From Candidatus Limnocylindria bacterium (lineage in GTDB: Bacteria > Chloroflexota > Limnocylindria > QHBO01), in the NCBI GenBank assembly GCA_046715765.1, contig JBKJYH010000126.1:1-57940 (forward strand): 57,940 nucleotides of DNA, written 5' to 3'. This document shows positions 1 to 9,453 of the stretch, piece by piece. A model generated the notes under the pieces. The model saw nothing but the letters and a program-made list of their open reading frames with translations, was not told the origin of the DNA and made no database searches. Both the position numbers and the translations under genes were made by a program. Positions within the stretch are counted from its first letter, which is position 1. Every line of letters begins with the position of its first letter.

Positions 1-247
1 CCCCCGGGGGGGGGGGGGGCGCGGCTCAACGGGGCGTTGACGGTGCGCCCATCGGACCAAACGAACCTCTAACCATTCGTGACAGGTTACAAGAACCTGT
101 CTCATGCTCATAGCAGGTTAGCAGAGCGCCTGGGCGGGGGCAATACCACGAGGTCCGATCTCATGGTCCTGTACGAGCATCCCGACCATTGCATCGAGCG
201 ATTAGCCACTGAGCGGGAGCGGATCGAGCGGCGGCTGGAAATGGTTC

Positions 248-1030
248 TCAGCGGCCGCTGAAGTTCGGCGGGCGCTTCTCGACGAAGGCCGCCATCCCCT
301 CTTTCTGGTCCTCGGAGGCAAAGCTCAGGTAGAAGAGGCGCCGCTCATGCGCCAGCCCGGCGGTCAGGTTCATCTCGTACGCCGCGTTGATCGCCTCCTT
401 GGCCAGGCGCAGGGCGACGGGTGATCGGGTCGCCATCTTCTCCGCCAGGCCCAGCGCGTGCTCCACCACCGACTCGTCGGGCACCACCCGACTGACCAGG
501 CCCAGCCGATGCGCCTCTGCGGCGTCGATCGGCTCCCCGGTGAGCACCATCTCCATGGCCGTCCCCTTGCCCACCGCACGCACCAGGCGCTGGGTTCCGC
601 CGGCGCCTGGGATCACCCCGATATTGATCTCGGGCTGACCGAACCGCGCGCCCTCGCCGGCCACGATCAGGTCGAGTGTCATCGCCAGTTCGCAGCCACC
701 CCCCAGGCACCAGCCCGCTACCGCCGCGATCACCGGCTTGCCGATCCGTCGCACCCGGTCCCACTGTCCGATCCGACCGCCTATCAGCATCTCGATCGGC
801 GTCGCGCCGGCCATCTCCCCGATATCCGCCCCGGCCGAGAACGCGCGCTCATTGCCGGTGACCACCATGACCCGCACCTCCGGGTCATGGTCAAGCGTCT
901 CGAGCGCCTCGCACAACTGATCCATCAGCGCCCCACTCAACGCGTTGAGCTGCTTGGGACGGTTGAGCCGAACGAGCGCCACCCGCCGCTCGGGTTGGCG
1001 TTCGACGATCACCAGGGCGTCGTCGGTCAT
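248..1030 (-). CDS. Enoyl-CoA hydratase/isomerase (crotonase, PaaF-like)
   Basis: LNRPKQLNAL, AFSAGADI, GGGCELA, FGQPEINIGVIPGAGGTQRL; both catalytic Glu motifs present. Confidence 0.93.
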   Translation of the reverse strand: MTDDALVIVERQPERRVALVRLNRPKQLNALSGALMDQLCEALETLDHDPEVRVMVVTGNERAFSAGADIGEMAGATPIEMLIGGRIGQWDRVRRIGKPVIAAVAGWCLGGGCELAMTLDLIVAGEGARFGQPEINIGVIPGAGGTQRLVRAVGKGTAMEMVLTGEPIDAAEAHRLGLVSRVVPDESVVEHALGLAEKMATRSPVALRLAKEAINAAYEMNLTAGLAHERRLFYLSFASEDQKEGMAAFVEKRPPNFSGR

Positions 1031-1044
1031 GGCCTCCTCATCGG

Positions 1045-2001
1045 TCAGGGGATCGCCTCGAATCCATTGTCAAGCGGCGAGCCGCACGCGCCGCAGTATG
1101 CGTGCTCGGCCGGCAACCCGACTGCTCCGCAGCCGGTGCAACTGCGTGGGGCCGCCGCCAGCCGACGCAGGGCGTCATAGCGCGGTGCCCGCTTTTCATG
1201 AAAGGCGGCTACCGCCTCCCGCGTCTCGTCGGAGGTGGAATGCACCGCCAGCCAGTCCCTGGCGTGGCTCACCGTCTGGGACCAGACCAGGTCGCGCCAC
1301 CAGTTGAGCTGGGCCTTGGTGTAGCGAAGCGCCTCGGGTAACTTGGCGCGCAGGTTGGCCGCCAGTCCGGCCACCGCGGAATCGAGGTCCGCGCGCGAGA
1401 CGACCCGGCTGACCAGTCCCCAGTCGAGCGCCTGCTGCGGACCGATCTGCTCGCACAGCATCAGGATCTCGCGCGCACGTCGGTCACCGACCATGATCGG
1501 CAGCCATTGGGTCGCCCCACCGGCGGGCACCGATCCATGCTCCGGGCCGACGTGGCGGATGTAGGCGTCGTCCACCATGACCGACAGGTCGCAGCCCATT
1601 TGGAGCTCGTTGCCACCCCCGACACACACCCCGTTGATCCGGGCGATGGTCGGCTTGCCGATGCCGCGCAGACGATCGTGCATCTCGATGAAGGCGCCCA
1701 TCCAGCGCCAGTACTGGCCGCTCACCGCGCCCATCGTGGCCTGCTCGTCGAGATCGGCGCCGGTGCAGAAGGCCCGCTCCCCCGCCCCGGTGACCACCAC
1801 CACCGCGACCGTGTCGTCCCACGAGGCGTCCTCGAAGGCGCGGCCCAGTTCCCGAAGCGTCTGAAAATCGAATGCATTGAGTACCGCCGGCCGGTCGATG
1901 GTGACCGTCGCCACCCCGCTCACCGGGTCCTTGGCGTACCGAACCCGCTCAAAGCCGAGCGACGTCGGGTCGGAGGGACGGGGCGCCGAGGGCTCAGGCA
2001 T
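1045..2001 (-). CDS. Crotonase-family hydrolase (Oah/BadI/MenB-like) with C-terminal zinc ribbon
   Basis: AFCTGADL, GGGNELQMGCDL, HVGPEHGSVPAGGATQWLP; tail CTGC-x10-CGAC. Confidence 0.8.
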   Translation of the reverse strand: MPEPSAPRPSDPTSLGFERVRYAKDPVSGVATVTIDRPAVLNAFDFQTLRELGRAFEDASWDDTVAVVVVTGAGERAFCTGADLDEQATMGAVSGQYWRWMGAFIEMHDRLRGIGKPTIARINGVCVGGGNELQMGCDLSVMVDDAYIRHVGPEHGSVPAGGATQWLPIMVGDRRAREILMLCEQIGPQQALDWGLVSRVVSRADLDSAVAGLAANLRAKLPEALRYTKAQLNWWRDLVWSQTVSHARDWLAVHSTSDETREAVAAFHEKRAPRYDALRRLAAAPRSCTGCGAVGLPAEHAYCGACGSPLDNGFEAIP

Positions 2002-2311
2002 CGGTCTGCACCGCGTCGTCGTCGACCACCACCAGGGTCACTCCGGCCTGGGCGAAGGAGCGCAGGTCGCGGCCGCTCTCACGCCCCGGGTCCGAGGCGA
2101 GCGCGGCGTCCAGGTCAGCCCGCGAGTCGAAGCCCATCTGCGCCAGCAGATAGATCCCTGGTGGTCGGTCCCCGATGCCCTTCGGGTTGGTGGTCCGCAG
2201 GACGCGCAGCCCCGGGTAGCGCCGCACGATCGGGGCGTGAACGTCGCGGTAGTGTGCGTCGAAGGCGGCGGCGTCGTCAGGTGGGTTGTAGAGGGCGACC
2301 AGCCAGACCAT
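1994..2311 (-). CDS. EthD family protein
   Basis: LYNPPDDAAAFDAHYRDVHAPIVRRYPGLR; ATG at 2311; overlaps next gene by 8 nt. Confidence 0.85.
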   Translation of the reverse strand: MVWLVALYNPPDDAAAFDAHYRDVHAPIVRRYPGLRVLRTTNPKGIGDRPPGIYLLAQMGFDSRADLDAALASDPGRESGRDLRSFAQAGVTLVVVDDDAVQTDA

Positions 2312-2318
2312 CCCTGGG

Positions 2319-2561
2319 TCAGCGCTTGAAGTAGTCGGCGTTGATCTGGATGAAGTTCTGCCACTGGTCCGGAACGGCGTCCTCGGCAAAGATCGCGGTC
2401 ACCGGGCATTCGGGCTCGCAGGCGCCGCAATCGATGCACTCATCGGGGTCGATGAAGTACATCGCATCGCCCTCGGTGGCGTGGATGCAGTCAACCGGAC
2501 AGACATCGACGCACGAGGCATCCTTGACCCCGATGCATGGCTCGACGATCACGTACGTCAT
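2319..2561 (-). CDS. fdxA: 7Fe-type ferredoxin
   Basis: [26 protein letters not shown]...[12 protein letters not shown]; GGAG SD before ATG 2561. Confidence 0.92.
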   Translation of the reverse strand: MTYVIVEPCIGVKDASCVDVCPVDCIHATEGDAMYFIDPDECIDCGACEPECPVTAIFAEDAVPDQWQNFIQINADYFKR

Positions 2562-2635
2562 GCGGCGTTCTCCGTGGTGGGCAGGAATGTTCGGCCCGCT
2601 GAGGATACACCGGCACGCGCTCCGCTCAGGAACGC

Positions 2636-3757
2636 CTAGCCACTCGCCAGTTCCGCCGCCGCCATCTCCGCCCGAAGGCGGGCATACCCTGGCTTGATCT
2701 GCTCGTTGATGATCCGCAGCCGCCCGTCGAACGGCCAGAACGCGCTCTTGATCGCGTTCAGGGTCAGCCACTCCATGTCGTCGATCCCCCAGCCGTAGGC
2801 GGCGCACACGGCGGCGAACTCACCGGACAGCGTGATGTTGCTCATCAGCCGGTTGTCGGTGTTGACCGTGACCCGAAAGCGCAGGCGCTTGAGCAGGGCC
2901 AGCGGATGCTCCTCGATGCTTGCCGCCGCGCCGGTGTCCACGTTTGAGGTGGGGCAAAGTTCGAGTGGGATCCGCATGTCGCGGACATACGACGAAAGCC
3001 GACCCAGGACGACACGCCCATCCTCGCGAGTGGTGATGTCGTCCACGATCCGGACGCCGTGTCCCAACCGCTCGGCGCCACACCACTGCAGCGCCTCCCA
3101 GATCGAGGGCAGGCCGAACGCCTCCCCGGCGTGCAGGGTGAAATGGAAGTTCTCGTGGGCGATCAGCTGGAAGGCATCCAGGTAGCGGGTGGGTGGATAG
3201 CCCGCCTCGGGACCGGCCATGTCGAAGCCCACCACCCCGTCATCCCGGTGGCGGACTGCCAACTGCGCGATTTCGACTGATCGAGCCGCCTGGCGCATCG
3301 CGCCGACCAGCAGCCCGACCGTGATGGAGCGTCCCACGCTGGCTCGCCTGAATCCGCTCAGCGCCGCCGTGACCACTTCGTCGAGCGAAAGGCCACCCGC
3401 CAGGTGCTGCTCGGGTGCGAAGCGGACCTCGGCGTAGACCACCCCATCGGCGGCGAGGTCCTCGACGCACTCGGCCGCGATCCGCTCGATCGCCTCGGCG
3501 GTCTGCATCACCGCGACCGTGTGAGCGAAGCCTTCGAGGTAGCGGACCAGGCTGCGCTCGGTATCTCCGGGACGCGGCTTGAACCAGCCCGCCAGTCCGG
3601 CCGGATCGGTGGTCGGCAGGCCGTCGTAGCCGATCTCTCGCGCCAGTTCGATCAGGGTGGTCGGGCGCACGCCACCGTCCAGGTGATCGTGCAGCAGCAC
3701 CTTGGGGGCGCGACGAATGGTAGCCAGGTCGAGGGTCGGCGCGGTTCCGATCGCCAT
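2636..3757 (-). CDS. add: Adenosine deaminase
   Basis: [32 protein letters not shown]. Confidence 0.95.
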   Translation of the reverse strand: MAIGTAPTLDLATIRRAPKVLLHDHLDGGVRPTTLIELAREIGYDGLPTTDPAGLAGWFKPRPGDTERSLVRYLEGFAHTVAVMQTAEAIERIAAECVEDLAADGVVYAEVRFAPEQHLAGGLSLDEVVTAALSGFRRASVGRSITVGLLVGAMRQAARSVEIAQLAVRHRDDGVVGFDMAGPEAGYPPTRYLDAFQLIAHENFHFTLHAGEAFGLPSIWEALQWCGAERLGHGVRIVDDITTREDGRVVLGRLSSYVRDMRIPLELCPTSNVDTGAAASIEEHPLALLKRLRFRVTVNTDNRLMSNITLSGEFAAVCAAYGWGIDDMEWLTLNAIKSAFWPFDGRLRIINEQIKPGYARLRAEMAAAELASG

Positions 3758-3823
3758 TGCCGACTGAGCCTACCCGTCCGAAGGCGCCGCTCGCAAGGGC
3801 GAGCCGCTACCCTGTGGCCGGCC

Positions 3824-4735
3824 GTGACACAACTAGCCCTCACCGATGATCCGGGCCGCGCTCCGCTCCTGGTGGCGGCCGCGACGCCGCTGACCGATGG
3901 CGGGCGGATCCTCGACGAGGCAGCCATCTGGCCGATGGTCCGCTTCCTGGAGCGTTGCGGCGCGGATGGCGTCTTCGCCTGCGGTACCACCGGCGAGGGG
4001 GTCCTGCTCGAGCCCGAGGAGCGCCGGCGAGCCGCGGTCGTCTTTCGAGCGGCGGTGCGCGGCCGGCTGATCGTCCATTGCGGGGCTCAGAGCACGGCCC
4101 AGACCGCGGCCCTGGCAGCCCACGCCGCGGAAATCGGAGCCGATGCGGTGGCGGTGATTCCGCCGCCCTACTTTCCGCTCCCGCCCGACCGCCTGGCCGC
4201 GCACTTCGAGGCCGCCGCGGCCGCGTGCGCCCCGATCCCGTTCTTCATCTACGCGTTCGCCGCGAGGAGCGGCTATCCCGTACCCGTCGACGTGATCGAG
4301 CGCGTGCGCGAGTCGTCTCCCAACCTCGCCGGCCTGAAGGTGAGCGAGGCACCCCTGGACCGCGTGGCTCCCTATCTCGGACTGGGGCTCCCGGTCCTGA
4401 TCGGCTCCGAGCCGCTCATTCCTGCGACGATGGCCCTGGGAGCGATCGGCGCCGTGTCCGGCCTGGCCGCCGCCTTCCCCGAGGTCGTGCGCGCCGCACT
4501 GGATGCGCCGGACGACGATGCCACCGCCCGCCTGCGCGCGCTGCGCGACGCGATGGAGGCCCAGCCGTTCATCGCCTCGGTCAAGCATGTGCTGGCCCGG
4601 CGTGGGGTGCCGGTGCAAGAGGCGCTGCGCGCGCCCCTTGGGCCCCTCACCGGTCAGCAGGCACGCGACCTCGACCTGCGCCTGGATGCGCTCGAGCCCG
4701 AGTGGTGGGTGGCGCCGGACAGCAGCCCGGCCTAG
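3824..4735 (+). CDS. Dihydrodipicolinate synthase/NAL family aldolase
   Basis: GTTGEG, PPYF, Schiff-base Lys in GLKVS; GTG 3824 chosen after TACCCT 3808-3813. Confidence 0.85.
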   Translation: MTQLALTDDPGRAPLLVAAATPLTDGGRILDEAAIWPMVRFLERCGADGVFACGTTGEGVLLEPEERRRAAVVFRAAVRGRLIVHCGAQSTAQTAALAAHAAEIGADAVAVIPPPYFPLPPDRLAAHFEAAAAACAPIPFFIYAFAARSGYPVPVDVIERVRESSPNLAGLKVSEAPLDRVAPYLGLGLPVLIGSEPLIPATMALGAIGAVSGLAAAFPEVVRAALDAPDDDATARLRALRDAMEAQPFIASVKHVLARRGVPVQEALRAPLGPLTGQQARDLDLRLDALEPEWWVAPDSSPA

Positions 4736-5346
4736 CCGGACTCTTGCGAACCGTTCCCGCCGGTCATGCCGCTGCCAGTGGAACGGTGGTTCGGCGTGGT
4801 CGAGGCGTCGTTCATCTCGAAGCGCGACGGCGGTGCGGCCTCGGCCAGTCGCAGGATCTCGTCCGGGGTCAGGGCAAATCCATAGCGGATGGCGGCCACG
4901 TTCTCGTCCTGGTAGCGCTTCGGCAGGGAGTGGCGGATGGAGTCCTCGTCGAAGTCGATCTCCGCAAGGCGCAGCAGGCGGCCGAGCGCGATCATGTTGC
5001 CGAAGAGTTCCCTGCCGAAGTGCTCGGAGCCGAGCGAGGCGAACGGGATCTGCTCGTGACCCTCGCCGCCCAGTCCCAGGTCGGTGATGACCTTGCGGCC
5101 GCGGATCCGCAGGTGCCCCTTGTCGGCGAGCTTGAGCAGGATGTCCGCCTCCTCGACGACCGGGTTGGCGATCGGTGCATCGTCGAAGATCACGAATGCG
5201 TCGGACATGCTGCCTCGCACCGACGAGTCGTAGTCGAACAGCACGGTCACGTACTTCCCCATCCGTGCCAGCAGGCTGCCGAGCACGCCGGCGATCACCC
5301 GCACCCCCTGCCCGCCGACCCCGTCGAGCGCGATCCGGGTGCTCAT
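4732..5346 (-). CDS. 2-oxoacid:ferredoxin oxidoreductase gamma subunit
   Basis: GVGGQG, YDSSVRGSMS, NMIALG; overlaps beta subunit gene. Confidence 0.88.
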   Translation of the reverse strand: MSTRIALDGVGGQGVRVIAGVLGSLLARMGKYVTVLFDYDSSVRGSMSDAFVIFDDAPIANPVVEEADILLKLADKGHLRIRGRKVITDLGLGGEGHEQIPFASLGSEHFGRELFGNMIALGRLLRLAEIDFDEDSIRHSLPKRYQDENVAAIRYGFALTPDEILRLAEAAPPSRFEMNDASTTPNHRSTGSGMTGGNGSQESG

Positions 5347-6368
5347 CCTGGGGTCTCGTCCGGGTCGATTCCCGCCGCGCGCAGGGCATCCGCCAGGGTG
5401 GTCTGGCCCTTGGCCACCGCCAGCTTGACCTCGGGCGCCAGGCGGGCCATCAGCGCCAGTCGCTTCTGGGACTCCGCACGGCGGCGCGCCTTCTCCTCGT
5501 CGTCAGCCGGGGCTCGCGGCGTCGGCGTGGCTGTCGCCGCGGCGGGCACCGCATCGGCCTTTGGCGCTTCGGACGCCGGAGCGGTCCCGTTGCTGCCGGT
5601 TGCGTGTCCGTTGGGATACAGGACCCCGATCTCGAACGGGGCCAGGCGCTCGGCGCCCTTCGGCGCGCGCTTGTAGGTCTTGCGGTAGAAGGTGAGCATC
5701 TCGTTCGCGCTGGCGAACCCGATCCGGCGCCCGTTGTTCTCGATGCACTGGCTGGTGACGTCCACGAACGAGAACCCGTCGTGCTCGAGCGCCTCGCGGA
5801 TCACGTTGCGCATGTGGACCTGGTGGTAGACGGTGGTCTTGGCGTAGAGCGAGTCGGGCGATGATCGAACCAGCCCCTGCAGGTTGATCGGGGAGTTGGG
5901 GTTCCCGGCCGGCGAGGAGAGGGTCTTGGTGCCGGTGGGAGTGGTGGGGCCGGTCTGGCCCCCGGTCAGGCCGTAGATCTCGTTGTTGTTGCAGATGACG
6001 GTGACGCGCGCGTTGCGCCGGATGGCATGGATCAGGTGATTGCCGCCGATGCTGGCGGTGTCGCCGTCCCCGGCCACCACGATCACGTTCAGTTCGGGAC
6101 GAACCGCCTTGATCGCCTCGGCCACCGGCAGCGTGCGGCCATGGAGCGTATAGACGCTCTCGTACTTCATGTAGCTGCCCATCCGCCCGGTGCAGCCGAT
6201 GCCGGTCACGATGACCGTGTTCCGCTCGTCGAAGCCCATCTCGTCGAGGACCATGGCCAGCTGGATCATGATCGTGCCGATCCCGCAACCGGGGCACCAG
6301 ATGGTGGGGAACAGGTCGAGCTTGAGCCGCTCCTTGAAGCCGAGTTCGGCGAAGATCGGCTCGGGCAT
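5343..6368 (-). CDS. 2-oxoacid:ferredoxin oxidoreductase beta (TPP-binding) subunit
   Basis: WCPGCG, GIGC, LHGR, GDGD...NNEIYGLTGGQ; ATG 6368. Confidence 0.92.
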   Translation of the reverse strand: MPEPIFAELGFKERLKLDLFPTIWCPGCGIGTIMIQLAMVLDEMGFDERNTVIVTGIGCTGRMGSYMKYESVYTLHGRTLPVAEAIKAVRPELNVIVVAGDGDTASIGGNHLIHAIRRNARVTVICNNNEIYGLTGGQTGPTTPTGTKTLSSPAGNPNSPINLQGLVRSSPDSLYAKTTVYHQVHMRNVIREALEHDGFSFVDVTSQCIENNGRRIGFASANEMLTFYRKTYKRAPKGAERLAPFEIGVLYPNGHATGSNGTAPASEAPKADAVPAAATATPTPRAPADDEEKARRRAESQKRLALMARLAPEVKLAVAKGQTTLADALRAAGIDPDETPG

Positions 6369-7504
6369 CAGCCGATCCCCAGCGGCGAGCGCTCGTGGCG
6401 CTCGGTCGGGGTCGGGGGAATCGGGGGCTGGGATGGCCCACCCGACAGGACCCGGGCAAGCCCGTCGCGCACCGCTTCGGCGCTGATCCGGCCGCCCAGC
6501 AGCGGCACGCGCTTCACCTCGCGCCGCAGCGCGAGTTCGGCCATGTCGGCGTACTGGCCATCGTTGGCCTCGACGCACACGATCGTCTCGTAGCGGTCCG
6601 CGATGGCGCGCAGCTCGTCGCCCAGCATCGGGTGGATCCGGATCGGGCGGAAGAGCGCGTAGTCGGCCGCCAGCGGGGAGGCCACCCGGCTCACGATCCC
6701 GTAGCAGATCAGCAGCACCTTCGCGTCACGGTTCCAGCCCCACTCATAGCGGGCGTAGCGCTCCGCAACCTCGAGGTGGCGCTGCTTGGCCGCGTAGTAC
6801 TGGCGCATGTACTCGTCCGCGTCGGCCGTGGCCGGCTCGCCGGCATTCGGACCGTGTTCGTACATCAGCACCCCGGCGAAGAAGCGGGGGCCACCCTCGG
6901 CATGCCGCGCCAGCGGCGCCTGGGTCCGCGGCGCGCTTGTCGTCTGCGGCGAGAGCTCGCGCAGGTCCACCACTTCGTTGAGGTGCCCCACGAACGTGTC
7001 GGACAGCACCACCACCGGCGAGAGGGACTCCTCTGCCGCGTTGAAGGCGTCGACCGTGATCCGGAACGCCTCCTCCACGCCATTCGGGTAGAAGGCCAGC
7101 GGGGTGTAGTCGCCGGTGCTTCCGTACTTCACCTGCATGATGTCGCCCTGGCCGGGCATGGTCGGCATCCCCGTGGCGGGTCCGACGCGCTGCACGTTCA
7201 CGAAGACGCACGGGACCCCCACTTTCTGGGCGTAGCCGACCGCCTCCTGCATCAGGCTGAAGCCGGGCCCACTCGTGGCGGTGAAGGCCTTCGCCCCAGC
7301 CAGGCTGGCGCCGATGATCGCGTTGGCGCTGGCGATCTCATCCTCGGCCTGGAGGAAGCGAAACTCGGGGTGCTCGGCGGCGTAGGCCGAGGCGATATTC
7401 AGGATCTCGGTGGACGGGCTGATCGGGTAGCCCGCGTAGTAGTCCGCGCCCGCCACCACCGCACCCCGAAAGACCGCCTCGTTGCCCTGGGTCAGCCGTC
7501 GCAT
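6368..7504 (-). CDS. 2-oxoacid:ferredoxin oxidoreductase alpha subunit
   Basis: GNEA, AGYPISPSTEI, QAEDE, TATSGPGFSLMQE, QRVGPATGMPT. Confidence 0.93.
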   Translation of the reverse strand: MRRLTQGNEAVFRGAVVAGADYYAGYPISPSTEILNIASAYAAEHPEFRFLQAEDEIASANAIIGASLAGAKAFTATSGPGFSLMQEAVGYAQKVGVPCVFVNVQRVGPATGMPTMPGQGDIMQVKYGSTGDYTPLAFYPNGVEEAFRITVDAFNAAEESLSPVVVLSDTFVGHLNEVVDLRELSPQTTSAPRTQAPLARHAEGGPRFFAGVLMYEHGPNAGEPATADADEYMRQYYAAKQRHLEVAERYARYEWGWNRDAKVLLICYGIVSRVASPLAADYALFRPIRIHPMLGDELRAIADRYETIVCVEANDGQYADMAELALRREVKRVPLLGGRISAEAVRDGLARVLSGGPSQPPIPPTPTERHERSPLGIG

Positions 7505-7508
7505 CGGT

Positions 7509-7811
7509 CTATTCCTGCGCCACGCCGCGCGCGGCGTGGGCTGCCACCGCGGACGGAATCATCTCGATCGCGAGGTCCGGGCAGTAACGCTCGCACAGGC
7601 CGCACAGGATGCAGTCCTGCTCCTCGATGATCGCGTCGCTGCGCAGCACCAGTGTGCCCTTGGGACAGATGTCGATGCAGATGTCGCAGCGCTTGCAGAA
7701 GACCGGGTTCCAGCTGATGTTCGCGTAGTCGACCCAGCGCAGGCCATCGTGATGATCATTGGAGATCCCGGCTCCGAACTCGATGGCGTGGCTGATGCGG
7801 TCGCGGGTCAT
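7509..7811 (-). CDS. 2[4Fe-4S] delta subunit of the oxidoreductase
   Basis: CKRCDICIDICP and CILCGLCERYCP; first gene of the operon. Confidence 0.9.
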   Translation of the reverse strand: MTRDRISHAIEFGAGISNDHHDGLRWVDYANISWNPVFCKRCDICIDICPKGTLVLRSDAIIEEQDCILCGLCERYCPDLAIEMIPSAVAAHAARGVAQE

Positions 7812-7902
7812 CCGCGTCCGATTCTAGCCGCACCCTTGCCCGCCAGAGGGCTGCCCGGGACGGGCGGCGGGCCTGAGCGGCATCTCGACTACCATCGGCC
7901 CG

Positions 7903-9453
7903 ATGACCTCGCCGCGGACGATTCGCGCCCCGCTCCCGGCCCTGATCCTGGCCCTGGCCCTGGCGGCGTGCAGCGTGATCGTGCCGTCGCCGACGGCGAG
8001 CCCAATCCCGACCCCCGAGCCCACCCCCACTCCCTCGCCGACTCCCGTGCCGCCGGCTGTCGTGCAACTGGCCGTGGTCACCGGCTATGCCAATCACCAG
8101 GCCACCATCTCGCTCGCCGAGCTCATCGCTCTCGACGCAGCCGGCGACCTCGTCGTGCCGTGCGGATTGGAGTCCTACCTGGAACGGGCAACCCCACCGC
8201 TGACCTGTACCGATGCCGTCGCCATCGCCAACCTGCTGGGTGGCTCGCCAGCCAAGGTTGCCCTGCTCCCACCAGCCCTGGTCGAGCCGCGCACCAAGGT
8301 CCTGCCGGTGGACGGCGCGGACCTGTTCGGCGGACCGGCGGCCCGCGCGCTGCTCTACCCGGTGACTGGCACCACCTTTACCCTGGCCCCCGAGCTGGTG
8401 GCACACGACCCGACCCAGATCCGGACCCTCATCTCGCTGGGTGATTCGTGCCCGGATCGTGGCGTCGCCCACCAGGCGATCACCCTCGGACGCGGCTGGG
8501 ACTGGGTCTTCGATGGCGGACGGGCCCGCTACCTGCGGATCTACCCGAACCCGGTCCCGCCCGGCTCGGTGGGCAGCGGCTGGGACATCGTCGAGGCGGA
8601 GCAGATCGGCGACCCAGGCGCCGTGGCGCGCCTGGTGAGCGGGGCGGACGTGACCCTGGATGACTTCGAGTGCCCGGTGGTCGATGACTGGACGGTCAAC
8701 GGCGGGGTCGTCTTCAGCATCGACCCGGCGGTGCTGCCCCGCCTCCGAGACACCTACGGGGTGGATGCCGTGACCCTGGCCGCCAACCACCTCTTCGACC
8801 GTGGCACCAGCGGCTTCCGTGAGACGCTCGAGCAGTTCGCAGCGGCGGGCATCCCGCGCACGGGAGCCGGCCTCGACCTTGAGGACGCGCTGGCGCCGGC
8901 GGTGGTGGACGCGGGCGGGCTGCGGATCGCTTTCGTCGGCTTCAACGAGATCCCCGGCTCCCTTGCGGCCGCGCCCGGCCAGCCCGGGGTCGCCTGGCTG
9001 ACCGATGCCAACATCACGGCGGGGGTGGCCCGTGCTCGGGCAGTCGCCGACGTGGTGATCTGCGTGCCGCAGTGGTGGGGCGGTGCGGAGTATCACGGCG
9101 ACATGCGTTCGTCCCAGCTGGCCCAGGAGGCGACCTTCTACGACGCCGGCTGCGACCACATCCTGGGCCATGGCACGCACTGGTCGGGACCGATCAACTT
9201 CACGCGCGCCCCGGATGGCGCGCTCCACTTCACCATTGCCAGCCACGGCAATTTTCTGTTCGGGCAGGGCTGGAGCCAGCCAACCCAAGAGGGGGTCATC
9301 GTGGAACTCGCGTTCCGCGGGAGCACGCTGGTCCAGGCCCGGTTGCACCCCTACGTGATGATTGACCAGGCACAGGTCAACCTCACCGATCCGCTGACTG
9401 ATGGAGCGCACGTCCTGGATCGGATCTTCGAGAACTCCGACCCGACCTACTAG
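7903..9453 (+). CDS. CapA-family metallophosphatase-fold lipoprotein
   Basis: Lipobox LAAC, P/T linker, LGD, LAANHLFDRG, ILGHGTH, SHGNFLF. Confidence 0.8.
   Translation: MTSPRTIRAPLPALILALALAACSVIVPSPTASPIPTPEPTPTPSPTPVPPAVVQLAVVTGYANHQATISLAELIALDAAGDLVVPCGLESYLERATPPLTCTDAVAIANLLGGSPAKVALLPPALVEPRTKVLPVDGADLFGGPAARALLYPVTGTTFTLAPELVAHDPTQIRTLISLGDSCPDRGVAHQAITLGRGWDWVFDGGRARYLRIYPNPVPPGSVGSGWDIVEAEQIGDPGAVARLVSGADVTLDDFECPVVDDWTVNGGVVFSIDPAVLPRLRDTYGVDAVTLAANHLFDRGTSGFRETLEQFAAAGIPRTGAGLDLEDALAPAVVDAGGLRIAFVGFNEIPGSLAAAPGQPGVAWLTDANITAGVARARAVADVVICVPQWWGGAEYHGDMRSSQLAQEATFYDAGCDHILGHGTHWSGPINFTRAPDGALHFTIASHGNFLFGQGWSQPTQEGVIVELAFRGSTLVQARLHPYVMIDQAQVNLTDPLTDGAHVLDRIFENSDPTY

Noticed and set aside
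1-20. C5 followed by a G homopolymer of about 14 nt
   Set aside because: At the window edge; cannot separate a sequencing or assembly artefact from a phase-variable tract.
79-261. 60-aa plus-strand ORF ending in SGR like the convergent crotonase
   Set aside because: The shared ending comes from the palindrome TCAGCGGCCGCTGA (248-261); no recognisable motif or start signal.
7903-9453. Poly-gamma-glutamate capsule locus
   Set aside because: The CapA domain is alone; no capB or capC nearby.
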